DNA from: Octopus sinensis
Lineage: Eukaryota
Direction: 5' to 3'
Assembly (NCBI RefSeq): GCF_006345805.1
Contig: NC_043009.1
Span: 5,890,001 to 5,954,000, forward strand
DNA length: 64,000 nucleotides
Below are positions 12,433 through 25,470 of the stretch, piece after piece. The notes below the pieces were generated by a model, which did not search any database, was not told where the DNA came from, and worked only from the letters and a program-made list of their open reading frames with translations. Made by a program: the position numbers and the translations under genes. Each line of letters opens with the position of its first letter. Positions within the stretch are counted from its first letter, which is position 1.

Positions 12433-12583
12433 TTAATTTCAATTGTCCGCACCAACGCACGGTTGCAACGCCAGATGGTTGTACCTCCAACCGTGCTGTT
12501 TACTGCTGTGATTTTTGCTACTAAGGTATCGGTTAAACTTTTGATTAATCTACTACAAGATTATTCATCTTTCTATTTCACAT

Positions 12584-12617
<34 letters not shown>

Positions 12618-12627
12618 TATATGTATT

Positions 12628-12736
<109 letters not shown>

Positions 12737-12788
12737 ATATATATATATAATATATAATATATATATATATATATATAATATATATATA

Positions 12789-12834
<46 letters not shown>

Positions 12835-14840
12835 ATAGGTGAACACGCAAGCACACACGCATAAACATACGTATGTGTGTATGTGAGTTTGAATGTACGT
12901 GCACGCGCGCGTGTCTACAAGTTAAGGTATAAGTTAACTGTGATTTTGACCATCTGGTGCGTGGGGGCTTGGTTAAACTGCAGAATATTTTTTATGATTC
13001 CAGCTGTTTTACATGCTTTCCTTCATCGAGCTGGCTGGCACCAGCAATATTGAAGGAACGATTAGCTAATGAATTTGACGATAGTACAAGACCGGTACGT
13101 TATTTCACCAAATTCATTAGGGTGAAAGCAAATTTGAGCTGATCACAGCGTGAACACAGAATGTAAAGCGTTGGAAGAAATATGACAAAGCATTAACAGT
13201 TTAGTGAACATACTTGTGTAAACCACCCCAAAGTGACTTGTATTGGTCTGGCAAGAATTATAGCATTTAGTAAAATGGACTGAATGAGTACAGTGAATTT
13301 GACATTCTCCACAGTAAGTTAAATGTACTCTATTTATTGCCCATTTTAGTAGTTAATGACCTATGGAAGAGGAGGATTGATCTGAAGATAGAAACAGAAG
13401 CATATGCTCAGCACAAGCACAAATATAGATTATAAGAGAGTAGAGTTTGTGATGTGCGTATTTATCTATACAAAAAAAGAACTCCATTTTTCTATTTAAA
13501 ATTTAATTATTAAAAAAAATACTTACATACAAACAATCGTAGGAATCTGTGCACCACATGTGTATTCATACAATGAAATTAATTCATCTCAATGTTGGTT
13601 TTTTGAAGCTTGAAGCATTTAGTCTAATTATAAACGTAGAAATTACATATCATACAAAGTGAATCAGTCAATACGGTACTTGTCATACATGCTGAATGAT
13701 AGAGAGGACGAAAAAAAGAGAGAAGCGAATGTGTTAGCATTACCGAGCCTCCTCAAGTTCTTTATCTATAATACTTTCATTGAATTAAACGGATTTTTGA
13801 AGAACTTTGTCGATTGAAGAGGAATAGACACACATGCTTGAACTACGCTACGGAGAGCCAATGGGCATTTTGGTGATGCTTTTTTGGATCTGCTAATCGA
13901 AGAAAGGATGCTTTCTCAATATTATCAACTGACCAAATGTATGAGCAATAAATGCTTCGATATTGCTCAATTTTATCAAATGAATGACCATGAGCGATTA
14001 AAAAAAAAGAAAATACTCACCCGCATGTCCTATCCACATCTTTTAATAACTAACCGTAACGTGAATTTAGAGTGAGCCGAGCTAGCATACTTATCTATGT
14101 ACACAAAACAAAACACACACACGTACACATATACACAAAACAGGCATACACACATATATAATTATATGCATGCACATATATAAATTTACGCATTTATATG
14201 CTTGTAATTTTATTTCTATTGACGTATATGCGTGTGCGGGGGTGCGTAAGAGTGTGCTTCTGAATGAATGTATTTGTATATATGTGTGCGTGTATGTATA
14301 GGCATATATATTTTCCTATGTACATATATTTTACGATGGAGGACAAAACAAGTTCATGAAAATTTCTCGTGAAAATTTGCATGTCAAACAGTTTTTAGAT
14401 TTATTCTCTAGAATCGTGACTAAGAGACATTATATAATAACGATTTTATGCATAAGAAGCTAGACTATTGTTAAATGATATTACCTACGGTATAATTTAC
14501 TCGTTTATAACGGATATATTAACACTATGTACTTTTTCTTTCCCTTAAGCTTCTTTTGTTCAAAGCGCTGCACATTGCTTACCATATGAAATGAGCATAT
14601 AAAAATTGATTTCGTTTAAAATCGTATAAACACAAACTAAAGAGAACGAATAAAAGACAACCTGAATATATTCCAAGTTAGCATATAATAACAGGGAATC
14701 AAAAGAAGTAAATATATCGATAATATACATCAATATTAGAAAAATTTTCACACATACATATACAGGCGCATATATATATATATGCGTGTATGTGCAGTGT
14801 GTGTTTTTTGCGTGTGTGTTTGATTAAGCATGCATATACA

Positions 14841-14933
<93 letters not shown>

Positions 14934-15764
14934 TAGAGAGAGCGGTTGTGTATTAATATATATATATATACATGTTGGGTGTGTGTATGTGTACACATAC
15001 ATTCACGCATATACATGTATGTCAATCTATGTTACACGTATATTGATAAATGTATGCACTGTCTCTGTCTTTCTCCGTATCTCTCAATCTCTCTCTCTCT
15101 GACGCTTACATGCATATCAACAATCTGTGTGTGTGTTTATGTGTACACAATCACACACATATATATATATATATACATGTATATTAACATCGTGTGTGTA
15201 TGTTTGTGTGTACAAACGACAAAAACACTCAACAATTACCGTGGACTTTAAATATTTGTATTAACATAATCTTGTGTACATTTAGTCTTAATATGTTCCT
15301 GTACACTGAAAGGTGAATGGCATTCGCTGCGGGATTTTGTTTGGAAGGATATGTTTGTGAGTGCCTTTTCCTTCCTTCACTTTGCGTATAAAAGCTCTCA
15401 AAACTCCAAAGGACGTCAGAAGACTGATTTTGGTATGATTTCGTCCCCTCAGTATTTATACTGGAACTGCATTCATTGCTTGATTCAGAACTGCAATGTT
15501 TGCAAATTATAAAGCAAAATAAGAAAAAAGGCTGAATCTTTCAAGTGTTTGCATTCGATCCTTGGAGGGGTCGCATCATCTTTATACCTCTTATTAGTGT
15601 AGATACAGCATTTGATTCCTTCTCGTAGGCAGTATCGTTATTTCAATGTTTGCTGGTTATTGCTCAATAAAACCTAATTGATGTTAGATGAATAACTTTA
15701 TTATATTTTTCTTTGATTAGCCTTTTCCATAATATTCAGCTTGATCTAATCTTCTTCCATGTGT

Positions 15765-16140
15765 TTCCCTGCGCCTTAGCGAAGCCGGAGGTATTGTTTT
15801 CTGTCGCGTTTGTTTGTTTGTTTCTTTGACCCTAGACAAGGTATCTCAGGAACCACGGGATTTATTTGGATGAAACTTTTAGGGATGTTTGGTCTCGTGG
15901 CTGGCACGAACTCATTACATTTTGGGATCAATCGGGTATCGGACAAGGATTCTATATTATTTTTGTTTTTTTTTTTTACTTAAGTTTTGTGAGCGGTCGG
16001 GTTTGTTTTTAGTATTCTCGTTTGTGAGAGCAGTCGAGTTCATTTCAGATATTATCATTTTAAACATCGTCTTCGGCTAATCGTTGAGATAACGTTTTTT
16101 GTTGCATTGGCGGAGGTTTGCGCTCTCTGAGTTCTCTTGT
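15765..16140 (+). mobile_element. Non-autonomous Helentron/HINE-like rolling-circle element
   Basis: 5' CCTGCGCC..GGAGG hairpin followed by (GTTT)n; 3' subterminal inverted GGCGGAGG at 16109-16116 and a terminal GCGCTCTCTGAGTTC hairpin. This layout is typical of HINE/DINE-1-like elements. Confidence 0.7.
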
Positions 16141-16449
16141 TTTCATAAAAAAAAAAACATTGACATCGCGATACAGTGTTAAAACACATAGTGGAGAGGA
16201 GGTATTTGCTTGCACAATTCCATTTCTTTAACAGAGGATTTTCATTTTGACACGCTATTATTGGTATTTTATGGAGAGTGAAAAAATCAGTCATCTGGCT
16301 CTTGATATCCTTATAATCGCCAGTCCATAAAATCACCATTAGGAAATTGTCCGGGTATGGATGTTTGTCCGGTGGCAAGAAAATTTATTCGAACATCCCA
16401 AGGAGTGAAACTATTAATGCTACATACCTTTGAACTCTGTACGTAGATT

Positions 16450-16712
16450 CTCTGCCTTAGTTTAAAGACTTGAAAATGCTACCAGTGTTCCCCTCATTTG
16501 CATTGTTATCCTTCCGTATATTCTCTGTTCTAGAGTCTGGTCTATGTCTAAAGACTTGAACATGCTAGCAGTGATCCTTGCAATTTCGATATTTTATCCT
16601 GAAAAAAAAAACTTGGTTCTAGAATCTGATTTTGTCTAAAGACTTCAAAATGCTACCAGTGTTCCCCGTAATTGCATTAATTTATCGTTACAAACTATTC
16701 TCTGTTCTATTG
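16450..16712. repeat. Minisatellite, about 3 diverged copies of an 86-88-bp unit
   Basis: TAAAGACTT(G/C)AA(A/C)ATGCTA(C/G)CAGTG recurs at 16463, 16549 and 16637; TTCT..CTA recurs near each unit end. Confidence 0.85.
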
Positions 16713-17282
16713 ATAAATTAAAGGAACAAACCTAGCAGTAATTATCACAACACAAATGACACTGAGATCTAAACAAGCTGCAGAGCAATGCTGTATGATA
16801 CAAACATCGTACAGTAGCCAGCTGCTAAGATTACAAATTAAACATAATTATCTATTGAATTGTAAATACTATGGCATGTTTAATAAGTGTCTGCCATGCA
16901 ATTTCTAATTGTAATAATGAGCAGGAATCTATGAAAATTAAACTTACATCACCAGTAAATTACCTACACATAATCCCATGGGCATATTCCACAAAACACC
17001 TGTTTGGAGAGGCATTAGTTTATATTTTGTATTTTTATAACCGCCTTCTAAGGTGTTTGTAATTAGTTTGAATATACGAACGAGAACTCTCACAATTTTT
17101 AAAAATATAATGATATTAATAATGATAACTAATATATCGGTTTTGATAGTAATTATGGTTTATGATGTTGACGATAGGGATGAGGAAGATTGAGAGATTT
17201 ATAAGGATCTTATACGACAAAAATTGTTTAACGGTAATAAATAAATATTTTTTATTGATGAGGATGTGTAAAATAGTAATAC

Positions 17283-17329
17283 TAATAATGATGATGATGA
17301 TGTTGGTGATGATGATGATGATGATAATG

Positions 17330-17371
<42 letters not shown>

Positions 17372-17376
17372 TAATG

Positions 17377-17434
<58 letters not shown>

Positions 17435-17520
17435 TATAATAATAATAATGATAATAATAATAATATAATAATATAATATAATAATAATAATATAATAATA
17501 ATAATATGATAATAATAATA

Positions 17521-17553
<33 letters not shown>

Positions 17554-17616
17554 TAATAATAATAATAATATAATAATAATAATAATAATAATAACGATGA
17601 TGATAATAATAATAAC

Positions 17617-17671
<55 letters not shown>

Positions 17672-17673
17672 TG

Positions 17674-17735
<62 letters not shown>
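17283..17735. repeat. (TGA)n/(TAA)n microsatellite
   Basis: Direct inspection. Confidence 0.98.
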
Positions 17736-17736
<1 letters not shown>

Positions 17737-18299
17737 TTCTGCTAAAGGTACAAAGCCTGAAATTTGGTAAGAAATATAAGATATGGAATTCCATGCGGAA
17801 TAGAGTTTCTTCTCCTTCGTTGGCTATTCGAGATCGGAATTCATCAGCATTCTCAAGTCCATTTTTTAAAAAATCCTTCTGCATTAGCAGTATACTGTAG
17901 CAGTTCTTGTATTTACCAAATATTCTGCCGTTTTCTTAGTACACTGTTGACGTAATCCCATACACTAATCAGCCCACGTCCATCTTTAAACCTCTTCGTG
18001 TAGAGTTTGTATACGTTCGCTTAAGGGTGGAGGACACCATGCATCATCATCGTCTTTCGGATAGTGTTATCGAATTGGTTAATCTCCGCTCCTCTCCCTT
18101 TCAGTATGGGTACACTATAACGGCGTGCATCGGCAAATAACGTACGTACGTATGTGTTTGTGTGTGTAAGTCTGTGAACATGCCCATAGAGTATAAATAG
18201 GTGTGTTTCAATAATATATTACTGGGATGTGAAGATCTCGACCTTCGCGTGGTATCTTTCGTCTTAAAATACGTTGATTTAAATGAACCTTACAAATAC

Positions 18300-18695
18300 C
18301 TTAGTGGTTAGAGAGTCAAGTTTAGGATCGTAACGTTGCGAGTTCGATTTCCGAACTGTGTTGTGTGTTGTATTCTTCAGCAAGACACGTTATTTCACGC
18401 TGCTCCAGTTCACTCAGCTGCAGAAATGAGCTCCGACGGCTGTAGAAATGAGTTGGATTATTGAAGCACACCTGTATATACTCCTGCAGCGATGTACATG
18501 TTCAAAGACTTACACACACAGGCAGCCAAGGTGTATCTGCCCTTGCCTTTCCCTTGAAAATCATTGATGTGGAGAGGGGAGATGGTATGAACGGGCGACT
18601 TCTGGTTTTCCTCAAACAACCTTGCCCGGACTTGTGACTAGGAGGGTAACATCCCAGGTGCTACATTATGGTCGTTCGTCACCGAAGATGGTCTG
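18300..18695 (+). mobile_element. tRNA-derived SINE with CORE-like central domain
   Basis: GTGGTTAG..GAGTTCGATTTCC head, then GCAAGACAC..TTTCAC..GCTCCAGTTCACTCAGCTG. The 3' part matches 49981-50224 in reverse complement. Confidence 0.75.
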
Positions 18696-18933
18696 ATATA
18701 TATGCGTGTAAGTGTGAGTCCATGTATGTATAGTCACAGAAAAGAGAAATGCACTAATTTTGAATTTTAATGTAAGACTCACCATATGCGTGCAAATTTG
18801 CGCATAGGATGACGTTAGCGATATTTTCTTGCATAAAGAACTAGAAAACTATTTTCATAATCTATTCTACATGTCGATTGCATTTTTACAAACCCATTAG
18901 CATATCTTTTCACAAACCACCTCATGAAACCAA

Positions 18934-18966
<33 letters not shown>

Positions 18967-19069
18967 TCTTCCATTATCTCACATTTTAACATACCGAACT
19001 ACTTGGTAAAATTATTAATTATTGATTAAATAATTAATTAATTTTACCCTTTATTATTATCTAGCTAGC

Positions 19070-19350
19070 TAGCTATCTGTCTGTCTGTCTATCAATCTAT
19101 CTATCTAGCTATCTAGCCAGCTACTTACTTACCTACCTATCTACCTACCTACCTACCTACCTACCTATCTACCTACCTACCTACCTACCTACCTACCTAC
19201 CTACCTACCTACCTATCTACCTACCTACCTACCTACCTACCTACCTACCTACCTACCTACCTACCTACCTACCTACCTACCTACCTATCTACCTACCTAC
19301 CTACCTACCTACCTACCTATCTAACTACCTACCAACCTATCTATCTACCT
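19070..19350. repeat. (CTAG)/(CTAC)n/(CTAT)n tetranucleotide array
   Basis: Direct inspection. Confidence 0.97.
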
Positions 19351-20376
19351 GTCTCTCCGTCTTTTTATCTACACGTTTGTCTGTCTGTTTGTCTGTGTGC
19401 GTATTAATATATGCTTGTGTATATCAACTCTCTACACGAATTCGTCGACCATAACTTTTTCCATATTATGTGTGTGTGTGTTTATGTGTGAGCGTCTGAG
19501 TGTGCGTGTGTGTATGTGTGTATGTGTGTGCGTGTGTGTGTGTGTGTGTGTTTGTGTGTACGTGCATGGCTGTAAATATGCACGTGTGAGTTTGGGATGT
19601 GAATGTTGTTAGCTGAAATTTGTGTAAAATGTTGATAGCTATCGGATCGAAATTCCTAAGTGTAAATGAAAATTCTTTTAGAAAGGGATAATCCACTTAA
19701 CTGAGAAATTAAATTCACTAACAATTAAAATGCGATGCATAACGAATGCGTTTCAATATTGGGTGGTAATACGTAAATATATTGGTTCGCTAAACATTTA
19801 CATTTCGTCCACATCACATTCTGGCGGTCTTGAATGCCTAATGTTTCAAAAGACAACTCTATGATATTAAAAATATAACTACAGACACTAATATCTACAC
19901 ACGCACATTATCATGCATTTACACGGATATATATGTGAGTGTCTCTGTGTGCATCTGTGTGTTTATTGGTACAAATGCGTCAGTGTTTTGCGTGTGACTC
20001 ATATTTGGTATACTGCTGTGAATCATATATACATGTGTAACTTGTTCTCGTGCATTCAAACCAATTTTGTTTTATACGCAAACACATTTTCCTATATACA
20101 TCTAAAAAAAGGAGATTAAATTATATTTTACATTTCATATCTAATAGAGATGTTTTTTTCGAAATACCTACCTTCAAGCATCGAGTTGTAGGGATTCTAT
20201 AATAAATTTGTAATTTCAAGGTAGCATTAAAGTCATATACTAGAAGAAATTTAAGATGGAACTTGAAAAATGTTGATATCATAATATTTGTATTAGGTTG
20301 CTCTTATGTCTCTCTCTCTTTCCCTCTCTCTCTCTCTCTGTCTTCTCTCCCTTTCTCTCGATGCATACACAAGCGG

Positions 20377-20445
<69 letters not shown>

Positions 20446-20456
20446 CTATCTATCTA

Positions 20457-20493
<37 letters not shown>

Positions 20494-21344
20494 GTACTCA
20501 CATGCAGATTTTTATATAAAATTTTATAAACTTTGCATTTATATATGAACAAATTCAAGCCTCATGTTCAGGTATTGCAGTATTTTGAATTAGCTTGGCT
20601 CTCGTTCAAAATTTTGCATGTTCTATTTGCGAGAAGAAGCGAAAAAATATCGAGAATGAAGCGAGGTGATATTACGATGTGGGGAAAATGTATGGTAATT
20701 GTCTTCCTGAAACCTGTAATATATTACTACCTTGCATGAATCCGCATACCTGCCCACTTAATAAGGCTAGTATGGTTAGGAAACACTTCTATGAAGCTGA
20801 GGTTAAACATATTCGGCCATATAAGTGAACCGAAGGGAAAGATATAACGGGCTGCGGTAAAGATTGTTCAAAATATGAATGTAGGTGAGTAAATGGCAAA
20901 TGTAGCAAATTATATCCAGGAATGAAGGACGGCACCGTAAAACATATCATGATGTGGAGAATCATAGATAGATCTGGGCCATTGATCTACATAATGCCAG
21001 CGGTTTGTGGCTGAAAGAACGCTCATCGAAGAACTGAACCAACTTTCTAAATTCAAAATCAGCTTTTCGCTTTAGATGTGAGCATTTAGAAGAGTTTCTG
21101 CTATCGAACTGGATGACAATTACAAGTTCGCTGATTATACATACAGTTTACTAAACCTTAGCATTTCCTCCACTCGGTTATCCTTGTTGGCCTCTTTGCA
21201 ATCTTAGACGTGAACACACGACAATAAAAGATATTCTTCACGTAAATTTAAAGAGTTACTACTGTTAATCCCATTTTTCTCCTTCGAATTTTCTTCTTCA
21301 TTTCACGCTCTTATCTTTCTTTTTTCTTCTCTTAATTCTCTTAT

Positions 21345-21353
21345 TTCTTCTTA

Positions 21354-21388
<35 letters not shown>

Positions 21389-21592
21389 CTTCTTCTTCTT
21401 CTTCTTCTTCTTCTTCTTCTTTCTTCTTCTTCTTCTTCTTCTTCTTCTCTTCTTCTTTCTCCTTCTTCTTCTCGCTTCTTCGTCTCCTCTTCTTCTTTCT
21501 CTCTTCTTCTTCTCCTCTTCTTTTCTTCTTCTTCTTTTCTACTCCTTCTTCTTCTTTTCTCTTTTCTTCTTCTTCTTCTTCTTCTTCTTTCT
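21345..21592. repeat. (TTC)n polypyrimidine tract
   Basis: Direct inspection. Confidence 0.97.
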
Positions 21593-22399
21593 TTTTATTT
21601 TGTACATGCAAACAAGTGTGCGCTTCTAATTAGGACACTTTAATTTACTACTTCATATACTGACGAGGAAAAACGCATTCATCTCTGACATGGCTTTCAT
21701 CGCCGTATATATCTTTACCCAGAATTCATTTGAATGTCGTATACGCGAGGAAAAGTGCGTTTGCGTGTGATGCAGCGTCATCTGAAAGTCATTTCTACGT
21801 TTCTTCATAGGATGTGAAAAGTGGAAAGAACAGAAGGAATTTGGCACAGGAAAAGAGTGACAACACCAGTAAAAGTTGACGTGCAGTTTTTAGCGAGTAG
21901 GAATATGGATGCAGTTTCTGTTTTGCTACCGTATACATCACCGGTAGCCTTACCTATTTCTTTACTACCTTCAAGGGGCTAAACACAGAGAGGACAAACA
22001 AGGACGACAAATGATTAAGTTGACATATATCGACCCCAGGGCGCTAACTGGTACTATATAATCGACCCGAAAGTATTGAAAGGCAAAGTCCACCTAAGGG
22101 AATATGAACCTAACGGCAGTCGAGATACTGCTAAGCATTTCGCCCTCTAACGTGCCTAAATTCTTTTTTTCCTTTTTTCTTCTTTTCTGCCAGCTCACCG
22201 AGTATATCTCTTACCGTCGATTAAAATGCCACAAGCAAGCAGAACAGATTATGCTTAATCATAAGAAGCGATGGGCCTGTCATGCTACCAAGTAGCGTAA
22301 CATCTCTAAACAGTCACTGCTCCGGGAGTCCACATAGCAGTTTCAAACGAATCGTCTTGTGATGCTATATAGATGATTTACTACTGCCAAAAATGATTT

Positions 22400-22815
22400 A
22401 AAAATGGTGGGAACACAAACCACCTCCACTGACTTGAAAATGATCACTTCTCACTGATCTGCGAACTACACGATCAACCTGACAAAAGATAGATGCGAAT
22501 AGGCCAGACATTATATTGAAAGACTTCAACAAAAGACATGCCTCCACATTGATATGACTGACCCCAAATGACGTAATGTATCTGACAAGAAACCTACCCA
22601 AAACACTGAACCAATATAAAAGATCTTGAATAGAAATCAGCAAAATGTGGAACTGAAGACTAAAACAATACCTTTGTCAAAGGTTGCCCTAGGGATGATA
22701 ACAGAAGAGCTGATTCCTACCTAAGCCTCCAATACCAACAAATTCCAATGGCAGAAATTCAGAAGGTAGTGATCATGGGAACTGCCCCTATCCTACGTAA
22801 ATGTCTGTCTATGTA
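22400..22815 (+). pseudogene. Indel-riddled second copy of the same Dong/R4 RLE fragment
   Basis: Near-identical to 23460-23884 but with many single-base indels; lies inside the block duplicated across the N gap. Confidence 0.75.
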
Positions 22816-22876
22816 ATCTCAAACTTAAATACAAACTCTTAATTTTCTTATGGTTTCTTAAACATTCTCTGGGAAC

Positions 22877-22976
22877 NNNNNNNNNNNNNNNNNNNNNNNN
22901 NNNNNNNNNNNNNNNNNNNNNNNNNNNNNNNNNNNNNNNNNNNNNNNNNNNNNNNNNNNNNNNNNNNNNNNNNNNN
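22877..22976. other. Assembly gap of 100 N
   Basis: Run of N; the flanks ~21890-22876 and ~22978-23942 duplicate each other. Confidence 0.99.
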
Positions 22977-23049
22977 CGTGCAGTTTTTAGCGTGGTGGAA
23001 TATGGATGCAGTTTCTGTTTCTGCTACCGATATGACATCACCGGTAGCC

Positions 23050-23277
23050 TTACCTATTTCTTTACTACCCACAAGGGGCTAAACACAGAGAGGACAAACA
23101 AGGACAGACAAATGGATTAAGTTGACTATATCGACCCCAGGGCGTAACTGGTACTTATTTAATCGACCCCGAAAGTATGAAAGGCAAAGTCCACCTCAGC
23201 GGAATTTGAACCTAACGGCAGTCGAGATACTGCTAAGCATTTCGCCCGGCGTGCTAAAGTTTCTGCCAGCTCACCGG
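23050..23277 (-). mobile_element. SINE family 1 (duplicated at ~21955-22200)
   Basis: Same body, head and CCCCTTGTGGG tail module as the 6003 copy. Confidence 0.85.
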
Positions 23278-23467
23278 TAGCCTTACCGTCGATTAAAATG
23301 CAAGCAAGGAACAGATTTCTGCTTAATCCTAAGAAGCGAATGGCCTGTCATGAAACCAAGTAGCGTAACATCTCTAAACAGTCACTGTCCGGGAGTCCAC
23401 ATAGCAGTTTCAACGAATCGTCTTGTGATGCTATATAGATGATTTACTACTGCAAAAATGATTTTAA

Positions 23468-23884
23468 AAATGGTGGGAACACAAACCACCTCCACTGCTT
23501 GAAAATGATCACTTCTCACTGATCTGGAACTACACGATTCAAACTGACAGAAAGATAGATGCGAATAGGCCAGACATTATATTGAAAGACTTCAAACAAA
23601 AGACATGCCTCCACATTGATATGACTGACCCAAAGGACATAAATGTATCTGACAAGAAGACCTACCCAAAACTGAACAAATATAAAGATCTTGAAATAGA
23701 AATCAGCAAAATGTGGAACCTGAAGACTAAAACAATACCTGTTGTCAAAGGTGCCCTAGGGATGATAACAGAAGGAGCTGATTCCTACCTAGCTCCAATA
23801 CCAACAAATCTCCAAATGGCAGAAATTCAGAAGGTAGTGATCATGGGAACTGCCCATATCCTAAGTAAATGTCTGTCTATGTAA
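23468..23884 (+). pseudogene. C-terminal restriction-like (PD-(D/E)xK) endonuclease of a 5'-truncated Dong/R4-type non-LTR retrotransposon
   Basis: In-frame KWWEHKPPPLLENDHFSLIWNYTIQTDRKIDANRPDIILKDFKQKTCLHIDMTDP..KLNKYKDLEIEISKMWNLKTKTIPVVKGALG matches the RPDI..ID..P..K..KY.DL..VV.GALG pattern of R4/Dong RLE domains. A 3' UTR to ~24052 runs into a TGA/TAA trinucleotide tract. Confidence 0.85.
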
Positions 23885-25438
23885 TCTCAAACTTAAATAC
23901 AAACTCTTAATTTTCTTATGGTTTCTTAAATATTCTCTGGAACAATGCTATGTGAAGAACCAAATACATGACACCAATTCTAACTTCTCTCTTGAGGTCT
24001 CCGGTTGAGACTTGGAACCAAGTTGTACAAATACAAAGCAAAAGTCAAAAAAGTAATGATGATGATAATGATGATGATGATGATGATCATGATCATGATG
24101 AAGATGATGATGATGATCATAATGGTGGTGGTGGTGATGATGATAATAGCAATAACAATAATAGTAATATTAATGATGGTTATGGATATTATTAATATTA
24201 ATGTTATTATCATTATCACCATCACCGTCATTGTCATCGTCGTCTTCATCGTTATTATTATTATTATTACTGTACCGACATTATTATTATCTTCCGCATC
24301 CTTGCTTTTATATCACCATCATTATTAGAATCATCATCGATGAGATCCGTAGAGCGACTGAGATGAAACTTTGTTCAATAATGATTACAGATTATGTATT
24401 GCATCGGATAAAACGGGTTATTAACCACATTGTGGTGTAAGGCAACTTTCTATTTCTCCCTCTTTCTGTACATGTATACATCTGCTTTAGTCTCTTTCTT
24501 TATCGCTCAACGTCTGTCTCTCTCTCAATCTCTATATCATTATTTTCTCTGTGTTTCATTTAATCAGTTTCTTTCACTCTTTCCTTCTCCCTCTTTTTTC
24601 TTACTCGCACACTCTCACTTCTTTTCTTTTACTTCGTTCAATGCTTTTCAACCTTTAAGAAAGAATGTGTGAAAGAAGCAGCCATATGATTAAGGGTGGA
24701 GGAAATGAAGAAATCGCAAGAGAAATAAATAGAATGAAGAATACTGCGACCATTCGCAGAACAATAGCAACCGGTCGATTGCTTTTGTTGCGAATTTTAT
24801 CATCTACAGACTGATATCATTAACATTGGCCTGTAAATTCAAGTGGATTAACCTAGGAGAATGGCTTTGTCCCGGAATAAACGGCTTTACTTTCGAATCG
24901 AACAAACTGTAATAAAAGTTATTCTAGCATAATTCAGCCGGAACATGGGCAATGGAATCGGTTAGAAAAGCCCTGGGCCATGTTGCACCATTTCCGGATT
25001 AAAGAAACACTATAAATCCGGATAGTATCCGCTCGATTGTTATTTTTGCTCTTCTTCTCCTCCACTAAGAAATATGATGGCTTGTACAGTCGGAAATGCC
25101 CGAGGAAGAATCTTCTGTAGTCACAGGTGAAGATTTTAACGAAATCACTTCCATATGCTCTGTAATTCCATTCGTCGTGCCTAAACTATATCAGCTTCTC
25201 CCTCCTCTTCTCTCTTTCTCTCCCTCTCCACCACCATCTCTATATATAATATTCATTTCCCCCCTTCATACATAAATACGTAGACGTATATACTATTTAC
25301 ATACATATACGAATACATATAATCGTGTATAAACGCAGAAACACCCACGTATACGTCTGTGCATTTCATGTACGATGTGTGTGTATATGTATATGTATAT
25401 ACATATATGTATATGTATATAATTATATATATATATAT

Positions 25439-25470
<32 letters not shown>

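Larger units (their letters stand above)
10622..12582 (+). mobile_element. Penelope-like retroelement copy, RT-less: inverted pseudo-LTR, GIY-YIG ORF, 3' UTR, pseudo-LTR and ~150-bp tail, between (TA)n tracts
   Basis: Seen: GIY-YIG ORF 10847-11680; 242-bp inverted repeat 10622-10863 / 12191-12432; hammerhead in each arm; (TA)n at ~10590-10621 and from ~12583. Established: PLEs encode GIY-YIG endonucleases, carry hammerheads in their pLTRs and can have inverted pLTRs. The 3' boundary at 12582 is inferred from the start of the TA tract. Confidence 0.9.

Noticed and set aside
12990-13100. Possible exon bounded by ATTCCAG and CCG|GTACGT (CFTCFPSSSWLAPAILKERLANEFDDSTRP)
   Set aside because: The opposite strand gives an equally plausible reading and no homology was recognised.
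16450-16712. Superficial CRISPR-like repeat/spacer pattern
   Set aside because: Eukaryotic context, no cas genes, and the apparent spacers are homologous to one another.
20760-20960. KLRLNIFGHI, reminiscent of the RTE LINE RLRWFGHV motif
   Set aside because: Too short and decayed to support a call.
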